Source of the DNA: a virus
Lineage: Duplodnaviria; Caudoviricetes
Length of the DNA: 25,662 nucleotides
Reading direction: 5' to 3' (one strand)
Virus record (IMG/VR): IMGVR_UViG_3300044850_000042
Coordinates: 1-25,662 of that record
Positions 14,076-21,928 of this stretch are shown here, in pieces (position 1 is the stretch's first letter; the number at the start of each line of letters is the position of its first letter). Under the pieces are notes generated by a model that was not told the origin of the DNA, made no database searches, and saw only the letters and a program-made list of their open reading frames with translations. The position numbers and the translations under genes are program-made.

Positions 14076-15365
14076 TTACTTTTTTCTATACTTATTTATG
14101 AAACTGAGTCCAAAGTTCTTTTGTCCATATGCTAAGTTTTCTTTACCCTCATCAGATCCTTTTGCCATTTTACTAGCAAACTTAGTGTATCCAGAAGTTC
14201 CAACTAGAGTATTTGGTTTTCCAGGCAATCTCTCAATCCTATCCATTTTCTTTTCAGTATATTCAATTAAATCTTTTATCCAAGATTTAAACATAATATT
14301 ATCTTCTGTTACACAAATCAGATAATTCGTACCACGTCGAATAATACGACCTATTAATCCAGTATTTAAATTTTCAACTAGGTCACCAACTCTAAAAACA
14401 TTTTCAGATATATAATTTTCTCTTAAATTTTTCCAATCAAATTTGGGAGCGATTTCCCATAGATTCCATCCTTCTTTAATTTGCATAGCTGCACGAATGG
14501 AATTGAAGAGTTCCTTAGCTTGCTTATCATTAAAAGATGCTGGAACACCTTTGCGAAAAGATGCAAAATCTCCTTCAGCAGCAGCTTTTCTCTGCCTAGA
14601 AGCAGACATAGATGAAACATCATCCTTAGCATCTGGATCTCTATCTCCAGCAGAGCGAACTTCTACATTATCAAATTGATAAAGTTTTCCATTGTAGTTA
14701 TTTGCCAGTTTTTCAAACTCAGCAACTCTATCCGCACCTCCAATAATTCTTATATTTGCATATCCATCATTATGGGCTTTTTTCAATACATCAAAAATAG
14801 TTCTATTTCCAGGATCATTTACAATTTTTTCACTATGATTGGGAAACATTTGTCTCATCAAATTAACTTTAGTATCAGCATCTAAAGGATTTTTCTTCTT
14901 ATCTTGAGAACGAGATGGGATAATCATATAATCTCCATCGTCAGATGCAGTGGAAACCGCATTTAATAACTTTTCGTGCCCAGTTGTAGGGGGATTAAAT
15001 CTACCGAAAGCAATTGTTAGAGTTCCCTTAGTTTTTTCTACTGGTGGAGGACCTTCTTGTTGAGGTTGTTGTTGAGTTTCTTGACCTGCAACTGCTTGCT
15101 GAGCAGCCTGCTGTTGAGAAACTTGCTGCTGCGCTTGCTGTGATGATGGTGCTGAAATATTTTTTTCACCAGGAGATTGAGCAGGATCTTTTTGCCCTAC
15201 TTTCTGGCGCTTATTATAAAACTCAAGTTTTCCTCCAACGGTTTTGGCAACAAACTCCCCATTTTTATCATACCATCCACCATGCCCATCAGTTTTTAAA
15301 CCCATTCTCTGGGCTTGTTGAACTGCGGTTGATGCCTCCGTTAGAAACTGAAAGAAATTCTTCAT
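14076..15365 (-). CDS. Cytidyltransferase-like (HIGH-motif) nucleotidyltransferase with N- and C-terminal extra domains
   Basis: AFGRFNPPTTGHEKL, KNPL, GGADRV, SAGDRDPD, MSAS motifs; Gln-rich linker. Confidence 0.88.
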   Translation of the reverse strand: MKNFFQFLTEASTAVQQAQRMGLKTDGHGGWYDKNGEFVAKTVGGKLEFYNKRQKVGQKDPAQSPGEKNISAPSSQQAQQQVSQQQAAQQAVAGQETQQQPQQEGPPPVEKTKGTLTIAFGRFNPPTTGHEKLLNAVSTASDDGDYMIIPSRSQDKKKNPLDADTKVNLMRQMFPNHSEKIVNDPGNRTIFDVLKKAHNDGYANIRIIGGADRVAEFEKLANNYNGKLYQFDNVEVRSAGDRDPDAKDDVSSMSASRQRKAAAEGDFASFRKGVPASFNDKQAKELFNSIRAAMQIKEGWNLWEIAPKFDWKNLRENYISENVFRVGDLVENLNTGLIGRIIRRGTNYLICVTEDNIMFKSWIKDLIEYTEKKMDRIERLPGKPNTLVGTSGYTKFASKMAKGSDEGKENLAYGQKNFGLSFINKYRKK

Positions 15366-16555
15366 TTATCCCAATCTTTTGCTACTGTAAAATTTGCTCT
15401 ACTGAACTCTAAACGATCTACTAACTTAAGTGCAGAACCAGATTTAATTGCAACAAATCCTTCTGGAGCTGTTACTTTATATCCGTCTTCTGTTTTAATA
15501 AACGTTCCCAGTGTTTTAACTTTTTCCAATTGCCTAATTACCATAGCCTTTGCGGTCTGCAAATTCATGTATGAAGCAACGGTCATATAAACTGCTTGTT
15601 GGTTATTTGCAATAAATTGCAATCCTTCAAGTTTCATTTTTAAATATTTATTCTTTGCTGCTTCGGTTTTCTTTGAAGCAATCTCCTTATCCAGGAGATT
15701 AGAATAATAATTTGAAAACTGATTTGCTATGTCTTTAGCATTCGTCAATCTTTTACCTTCCCTAATAAAGGTATTGAAGTAAGTCTTAAACAACTTAGAC
15801 ATAATGAATTTAGATTCCCCAGTTGCAGTGAGAACATCTAAGAACTTAGATGCTTGCTTGAGAGAACCTTCTGCACGATTTACTGCAGCATTATAATTCC
15901 TCAATTCAGATTGAGAAAAAGTAGCAGCACCAGAGGCATCGGTAAAAGTTGCAGAAGTTACATAAACATCAGAGACCTTATTGAATTTGGAAATATCAAC
16001 ACCAAAACCAGCGGACATTTCTGGAATAGAATTTCCACTATATTTGGTATGGAATACAATCCCAATCTTCGCAGCAGAAATCTTATCCGCAAGAGGAGTA
16101 TCTGCAGGAACAGCATAGGTGATGGTATTGGGGCGAAAATGAATCACCCTTTCACCGTTGATATTTCCTAGAGTTTTATCATTCGTAAAAAGAAGATCAC
16201 CCTGAACAACTCCTTTGATATTCAGTTTAGAGAGATACTTAAGAGCAGTTTTTAGTTTTTGATTTAATTGACCTTCTTCATAGAACATGTCAATATCTTT
16301 TTCAGTAAAACAAACCTTAGGAGCACCCTTAGCAAAAACCGATTTAGTTCCGACAAAGAAGTTACCGCTTACAGGATCTTTTCCACAAATAATTGCAGGG
16401 GCACCATCCCACTTAGTAGTGATTTTAATTTGAGATTTTTTCTGAGTCAGCATGTCTGCCAATTCCCTCAGGAAGCAAATAGCATTCTTTCCACCCTCAG
16501 ACCCATTGTTGAGGATGTCATCTTCCAGGTGTTCCAAATGGGTGTTTTTTGCCAT
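15362..16555 (-). CDS. Conserved T4-like phage protein with ligase/capping-enzyme nucleotidyltransferase motifs
   Basis: HLEHLED, TTKWDG (KxDG), VQGDLLF, PEGFV, LKLVDRLEFS. Confidence 0.8.
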   Translation of the reverse strand: MAKNTHLEHLEDDILNNGSEGGKNAICFLRELADMLTQKKSQIKITTKWDGAPAIICGKDPVSGNFFVGTKSVFAKGAPKVCFTEKDIDMFYEEGQLNQKLKTALKYLSKLNIKGVVQGDLLFTNDKTLGNINGERVIHFRPNTITYAVPADTPLADKISAAKIGIVFHTKYSGNSIPEMSAGFGVDISKFNKVSDVYVTSATFTDASGAATFSQSELRNYNAAVNRAEGSLKQASKFLDVLTATGESKFIMSKLFKTYFNTFIREGKRLTNAKDIANQFSNYYSNLLDKEIASKKTEAAKNKYLKMKLEGLQFIANNQQAVYMTVASYMNLQTAKAMVIRQLEKVKTLGTFIKTEDGYKVTAPEGFVAIKSGSALKLVDRLEFSRANFTVAKDWDK

Positions 16556-16559
16556 GAGA

Positions 16560-18248
16560 TTAAGGTGTAATGCCTAGAGCGTCTTGAAGATTATTGAGTG
16601 AGTTCTTGGAGCGGAGACCGTAGTTGGTTGCTGGATTTGTTCTTGTATTATAACTGATTCTGGCGATGCCGTCCTGCCCAATGGACACTTTAGAAAGTAT
16701 CACATCCCCCGCCCCAGACGGAGGAGATTCTGAATCATATTTAGCAATCAGGGCTCGGTTTGCTGTGAAGTAATTCTCAACTACCATTCTCAAATAATTT
16801 GTTTGCCCATTTCTATGGACTGAATTATTTTCAAGAACTTTTTCAAAGAATAAAGAAATATTCTGATAGGTATATGGATATTCGGCAGATCCTCTACCTT
16901 TAACTACAGAATTCCATACATCCTCACTTATAGTTAAAAGATATTCTTTTTCAAATCTTTGTACAACTTGAGAGTATGGAGAACTTGTTCCCCTAGTATT
17001 GAATAGTAGAATATAAACTAACTCTTTAGCAACACGTAAAGAATTTGCATCCAAAATTTCATTAAGTCTTTCAGTTTTAGAATGTCTAACTCTAGTTAAT
17101 CTATCCAAAACATCTCTAATTTCATGATCACTAAAATGAGATCCGTACTCATTTATATTCGTTAAAAAGTACCTTTTGTTTTGTAAATTTGGTATGCGAG
17201 AATTTAAAATTGATTTAGATGCATATAAGGGATATAATGCACCCTGCCTACTTGGTTGACCAACAGCTTGAGCAGCAACTACCGTTTGAATTCCTTGTTT
17301 ATTTCCAGATTTTTTTGGAAGATTATTTTTCCATTTTAAAACTTGCTTTTTATTTGTAAAGATATCTCCAAACTTAATAACGTTTGGTAAACGACCGCCA
17401 GTAACATTTTTAGTTGAAATTGGGAATGCTGCTTTCAACTGACCATTTTCAAAATATCCAACCTGAGAGTCAATAATAGGAAAATTAGCCTGCTCTGGAA
17501 ACCATATTTTAAATGAATCAATAGGAGGATCATCACCAACAATATCTAAAACTCTTTTCTTTTCTTTCGGATTTACAGAAAGAATTGCGCCCTGCCCATA
17601 AAACGGAGTTGTAATTGCTTTAATATATCCTAGACCACAGAAAACTTCCAAAAGTTCCGAAGTAATTTCATCCATTAAACCATTGTTCCAAACCTCCCTT
17701 ATTCTTTGTCTTTTTCCAGTAGTAAGGTCTTTAGGATTAAACATTGCCAAGTGAATCTTAACCCACTCACCCATCCCATCACTAATTTTTTCATCATTAA
17801 CAAACTGATCAATATGTCCCTCAATTCTTTCAATTACCTCATCAAAAGAAAGATATGAAGATTCTCTATATGGTTTTCCATTCTTAGTAATACCAAGATC
17901 TTTTGGTTTAATCTTAAATTTTGGTCTTGGTATTAATTTTAATATCGCTAAAGTTTTTGAAGCTCTTCTAGCGTTTTCTTTAATTACTAAAATAAGAGGT
18001 GTATTTCCATCTCCACTCTTATATGATTTTCCATCAACAGTAACAGATGCTTTTTTTGTTATAAAATATTCTTTAAAGTCTTCAGAAGATTGTAAATTTG
18101 ATAATATATTATTAATAATTACTGATCTTTGAGATCTACTGGCAGGAACATTAGAGAACTCATAGACAAAAGTACCATCAAATTCAGATTTCTGCTCCAA
18201 TTGAGCTTGAGGCATATATCTTTGGAATATTGCCGTTAAATCTTCCAT
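16560..18248 (-). CDS. Hypothetical 562-aa protein, possible PD-(D/E)xK-fold nuclease
   Basis: Long ORF; ELLEV...FPEQANFPIIDS...PISTK; late box ACTAAATA at 18265-18258. Confidence 0.7.
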   Translation of the reverse strand: MEDLTAIFQRYMPQAQLEQKSEFDGTFVYEFSNVPASRSQRSVIINNILSNLQSSEDFKEYFITKKASVTVDGKSYKSGDGNTPLILVIKENARRASKTLAILKLIPRPKFKIKPKDLGITKNGKPYRESSYLSFDEVIERIEGHIDQFVNDEKISDGMGEWVKIHLAMFNPKDLTTGKRQRIREVWNNGLMDEITSELLEVFCGLGYIKAITTPFYGQGAILSVNPKEKKRVLDIVGDDPPIDSFKIWFPEQANFPIIDSQVGYFENGQLKAAFPISTKNVTGGRLPNVIKFGDIFTNKKQVLKWKNNLPKKSGNKQGIQTVVAAQAVGQPSRQGALYPLYASKSILNSRIPNLQNKRYFLTNINEYGSHFSDHEIRDVLDRLTRVRHSKTERLNEILDANSLRVAKELVYILLFNTRGTSSPYSQVVQRFEKEYLLTISEDVWNSVVKGRGSAEYPYTYQNISLFFEKVLENNSVHRNGQTNYLRMVVENYFTANRALIAKYDSESPPSGAGDVILSKVSIGQDGIARISYNTRTNPATNYGLRSKNSLNNLQDALGITP

Positions 18249-18275
18249 TTTTATTTGTATTTAGTTTTCTTAAAG

Positions 18276-18348
18276 TGGAGAATAGGGGAGTCGAACCCCT
18301 TACCTCCTGCGTGCAAAGCAGGCGCTCTACCAAATGAGCTAATTCCCC
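18276..18348 (-). tRNA. trnA: tRNA-Ala (anticodon TGC), CCA not encoded
   Basis: GGGGAAT...ATTCTCC-A acceptor with G3:U70, CCTGC-TTTGCAC-GCAGG anticodon arm, AGGGG-TTCGACT-CCCCT T arm; 73 nt. Confidence 0.97.
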
Positions 18349-18349
18349 A

Positions 18350-18751
18350 TTATCTAACCGAAGTATAATCAAACAAATCAGGATGCAATTGTCCGTATTT
18401 TCTTACAATTTCACCCGCCTTTGCATTTGCTTGATTTTCGGCAACGCTTCCAGGATATCCTTGTATTTTTTTACCCTGTACTCTTTGATTATAGTGTACA
18501 CATTCATGCGCCACTGTTCTCAAAATATCTAAAGGATGTCTATTTACAATACTAACATAGATTATATTTTCTGAAGTGTTCAGGCCAAAACATTTTAATT
18601 TTTTAGAAAACTCAATATCATCAATTAAAGTAATTGGAATATCATATTTTATATTGAGTTCTCTTTTAAGAAAGACCAAAAACTTTTTAAGAATAGCATT
18701 AAATTGCATTCTTGTAATTGGTCTTCCTTTTCTACTTCCAATCAAAGACAT
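18350..18751 (-). CDS. Zincin-type metallopeptidase-like protein
   Basis: LRTVAHECVH (HExxH) plus downstream ENQAN; late box AATAAATA at 18768-18761. Confidence 0.75.
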   Translation of the reverse strand: MSLIGSRKGRPITRMQFNAILKKFLVFLKRELNIKYDIPITLIDDIEFSKKLKCFGLNTSENIIYVSIVNRHPLDILRTVAHECVHYNQRVQGKKIQGYPGSVAENQANAKAGEIVRKYGQLHPDLFDYTSVR

Positions 18752-18763
18752 TTTTTTAGATAT

Positions 18764-18961
18764 TTATTCTGGATCAATAGCACATGCTATTTTATCATCA
18801 AGATCATAAATTACTTCACGAATATCATTAATTCTTGGTGGAACACTTGTTGGATTATATGTATATCCTTTTTGAGACTCAAAAAGAATTTGGCGAACTG
18901 CTGCAGCAGAACGTAAATCTAGTTTAATTGTTACATGGTTTTGTTTAGTTTTAGTCATCAT
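18764..18961 (-). CDS. Hypothetical protein (start revised to MMTKTK)
   Basis: The track's longer start lies deep in the upstream gene; ATGATG overlaps the upstream 3' end. Confidence 0.65.
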   Translation of the reverse strand: MMTKTKQNHVTIKLDLRSAAAVRQILFESQKGYTYNPTSVPPRINDIREVIYDLDDKIACAIDPE

Positions 18962-19142
18962 CCTCCATTTCAAATTCTTCAAATTGTTCTGCGGATACTT
19001 CATGCTTTCCAGCAATAAGATACCAGTGTTTTCCATCTTCACGAAGACCAAGATATTTCATTTGATTTTCTTGAAAATTGTTTTCTCTTAATGCTGCTTG
19101 AATTTTATGATGAATAAGTTCCGATTTTGTAGGAACTTTCAT
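18951..19142 (-). CDS. Hypothetical protein, 63 aa
   Basis: ATGA overlap with the mazG stop. Confidence 0.75.
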   Translation of the reverse strand: MKVPTKSELIHHKIQAALRENNFQENQMKYLGLREDGKHWYLIAGKHEVSAEQFEEFEMEDDD

Positions 19143-19555
19143 CGGTCATCAGCAGCACGGTTTTCGGAGAAGTAAACATCAAACGCACCCTCTGGATAAC
19201 GCTTGAGAAGTTTTTGAACGTTACGAGCAACCACATCATCAATAGATACGTCAAGTGCCATACAAGCCTGAGCGACATACCACATAATATCACCAAGTTC
19301 AATAATCAGGTGCTCGCGGTTGTCTTCATTATAAGGTTTACCTTGGAAGACCATTTTCTTGACAATCTCCATAAACTCACCACCCTCAGCATTAATGCCA
19401 ACAGCAGCGGTCAGAAGTCGTTCAATATTAGCACCCTTCTCATCAAGAGCAACCAAACGATCAGAAAGAGCAAGAAAGTCTTTGGATGCATCGGAAGTTA
19501 CATGATCCACAAACTTAGCATACTTATCAAAATCAACGTGTTTTGCAGTTTCCAT
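19139..19555 (-). CDS. mazG: MazG-like nucleoside triphosphate pyrophosphohydrolase
   Basis: EGGEFMEIVKK and ELGDIMWY motifs, NVQKLLKRYP. Confidence 0.92.
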   Translation of the reverse strand: METAKHVDFDKYAKFVDHVTSDASKDFLALSDRLVALDEKGANIERLLTAAVGINAEGGEFMEIVKKMVFQGKPYNEDNREHLIIELGDIMWYVAQACMALDVSIDDVVARNVQKLLKRYPEGAFDVYFSENRAADDR

Positions 19556-20934
19556 TAAAATTTAAATCCCTCAAATGATTTTTTAGATTTTCTTTCTTCC
19601 TCATAATCATACTCGTCATCGCCACCTTTGTCAAGTATGTCATTCTGTGCCGATTGTTCGCAATCATAGAGGCGCATTTTAGCACGATCAATACCAATCA
19701 CAAAACGCTTATAAATGGTTGGATCATTATATCGGTTCTTCAGTTGTTTCACCATAATCTGACCCAACCCCTCCAAGTCTTCAGTGCTAATAAGGGCAAA
19801 CATAAGATCAGCAGTAGCAGGGAGACCAAAGGACTCAGAAGTATCAGTAAGTTCAACGTCGCTATTACCGTAACCACTACGAGTGGTCTGAGTGGCGGAT
19901 ACAATTGGGAGATTAAACTCGACGGCAAGCCCCCGAAGTTCCTCAGCAATTGCTTTAACAAATGTATATGAATTGATATTGCTGTTTCCTTTATACCTGC
20001 TGGAAGCACAAATATTAAGGTAATCAATGAAAATAATATCAGGTCTAAATGACTTCTTAAGTGCAAGTTCATTGAGTAGTGCCTTAAAGTGACCGCTATG
20101 TGCCGATGCGGTAGGATACTCTTTAATTATAAGGGTTCCCTGCGTCTTCTTGGAAAGGTTTGTAACCTTGTTCTCAAATGTTGAACGAGGAAGATCTGCA
20201 AGTTCTTGAATATTTACATTCAATAAGTTCGCATCAATTCGCTCAGCAATTTTTTCTTCTGCCATTTCCATTGTAATATAGAGAACGTTCCGTCCTTGGA
20301 GCAAGACGGAGCTAGCAACATGGCACATGAATAAAGACTTGCCGACACCCGTACCAGCAAGAGCGATGTTAAGAGTTTTGTTAGGGAGACCACCTTTCGT
20401 GATTTTGTTAAAGTATTCAAGATCAAATTCAATTTTATCCTCCTTCCTATGGTAATACTCGTACCTTTCTTCGTAGTTATTTAAGTAATCGTGCCCAATA
20501 TTATTATCAAAACTAACGGCAAGAGCATCAGAAAGGATACTAGGAATTGCGTCCCTGTTCTTCTTTTCATCCTTACCATCAGCGATATGAATGGACTCCA
20601 TAAGTGCCAGATATATGGCACGATCACGACACCAACGCTCAGTTGTATCAAGTAACCAAGTTTTCTCAACAGGAGCATCATTCAAACTCTTATTGATTTC
20701 TCGGATCTCTTTAATTTGATCTTCTGTTAAATCAGTTCGGTTTTCGACTTCAATACCAAGTGCTTCAATTGTGATTGCCGAACCATATTTGACAATAAAC
20801 TGGACAATCTCCTCAAAAATGACCTTTTCGGTCTTTTGCTCAAAATAATCTGGTTGAATGAAAGGTATGACCTTGCGTGAATAGTCTTCATTAAATACTA
20901 AGTTTCTGAGAATAGTCGTCTCAATTCGTTCCAT
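19555..20934 (-). CDS. gp41: Replicative DNA helicase (T4 gp41, DnaB-like), start revised to MERIET
   Basis: Walker A AGTGVGKS, IFIDYLNI, SATQTTR, SESFGLPATAD, QLKNRY. Confidence 0.96.
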   Translation of the reverse strand: MERIETTILRNLVFNEDYSRKVIPFIQPDYFEQKTEKVIFEEIVQFIVKYGSAITIEALGIEVENRTDLTEDQIKEIREINKSLNDAPVEKTWLLDTTERWCRDRAIYLALMESIHIADGKDEKKNRDAIPSILSDALAVSFDNNIGHDYLNNYEERYEYYHRKEDKIEFDLEYFNKITKGGLPNKTLNIALAGTGVGKSLFMCHVASSVLLQGRNVLYITMEMAEEKIAERIDANLLNVNIQELADLPRSTFENKVTNLSKKTQGTLIIKEYPTASAHSGHFKALLNELALKKSFRPDIIFIDYLNICASSRYKGNSNINSYTFVKAIAEELRGLAVEFNLPIVSATQTTRSGYGNSDVELTDTSESFGLPATADLMFALISTEDLEGLGQIMVKQLKNRYNDPTIYKRFVIGIDRAKMRLYDCEQSAQNDILDKGGDDEYDYEEERKSKKSFEGFKF

Positions 20935-21928
20935 AAGAGAATTTTTGTTTCGCGGCGGCATCAAGTTGCTGCATTACTTCTTCGGTGAAATATTCTTCTG
21001 GATTACGAAGAATTTCTTTTCCATAAATTTTCTTGCCGTTGATCTCATAACGACCAGCGACATTCTTCCACATGCCCGCTTCCTCACCAAGTTCAAGCAA
21101 CCCATAATATCGATCAAGACCGCGTTCATCATAAAAAAGACGAATCTCAACATCTTGATTTTCCTTACTTAAACGTGATTTATGAGTCTTTGCCTTAATA
21201 ATATTTCCGATAATTTCTGTTCCATCCTTTTCCTTTTTCTTACTGAGATATATGATAGTAGAAGCGGCGTACTTAAGACCACTACCACCACCCATCTCCT
21301 TAGTAGGAACATAAGCACCGATAACATCATAAGTGTGATTGGTTACGATCATAGGAATGTTTGCCTGCCCCAACTTTAGAGTAAGCATACGGAAAGCACC
21401 TTTAACCAATTGAGATTTGGTCATGTCCCGAACTTGCTTATCGTTCAGAGCATCAGTAATCTCTTTGTCAGTTGAAAGCATTCCCAAAGAGTCTAGCACA
21501 AACATACAAGGTTTACGCTCATCTAAAGGTTTTTTTAAGTAAATATCAACTGCCTTAAGTGCTTTACCACGAAACTCTTCTACGGTGACAACATTAACCA
21601 CGACAAGACGAGATGTGTCGATGCCGCGTGACTCCAAGAGGGATTTATTAATGGCAGCCTCAGTATCAAAGTAGAGACAATAACCATCGGGGTGAGTATC
21701 AAGAAAATTCTTAACCACAGCGATAGAGAAGAAAGTCTTTCCAGTAGAAGACTCTCCAGCAATAGCAGTAATCTTATTCCCAGATACACCACCAAAAATG
21801 CTACCTGAAACCAGTGCGTTAAAAATGTACGAACCCGTGTCAACATAATTCTCAGTCTCATCAATTTCAGAAGCAAGTTGTGTATATTCGCCGCCGATTT
21901 CTTTTACAATATCTTTAAGGAAGTCCAT
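20921..21928 (-). CDS. uvsX: RecA-like recombinase UvsX
   Basis: Walker A GESSTGKT, YFDTE, VLDSLG, MGGGSGLKYAAS. Confidence 0.96.
   Translation of the reverse strand: MDFLKDIVKEIGGEYTQLASEIDETENYVDTGSYIFNALVSGSIFGGVSGNKITAIAGESSTGKTFFSIAVVKNFLDTHPDGYCLYFDTEAAINKSLLESRGIDTSRLVVVNVVTVEEFRGKALKAVDIYLKKPLDERKPCMFVLDSLGMLSTDKEITDALNDKQVRDMTKSQLVKGAFRMLTLKLGQANIPMIVTNHTYDVIGAYVPTKEMGGGSGLKYAASTIIYLSKKKEKDGTEIIGNIIKAKTHKSRLSKENQDVEIRLFYDERGLDRYYGLLELGEEAGMWKNVAGRYEINGKKIYGKEILRNPEEYFTEEVMQQLDAAAKQKFSYGTN

Noticed and set aside
15055-15145. CAG/CAA repeats as a tandem repeat or array
   Set aside because: Encodes a Gln/Ala linker within the cytidyltransferase; no regular repeat-spacer structure
18276-18278. 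Apparent encoded CCA end on tRNA-Ala
   Set aside because: These bases are C71, C72 and discriminator A73; the following bases are CTT, so CCA must be added by the host
18184-18372. 62-aa ORF
   Set aside because: It is a translation through tRNA-Ala
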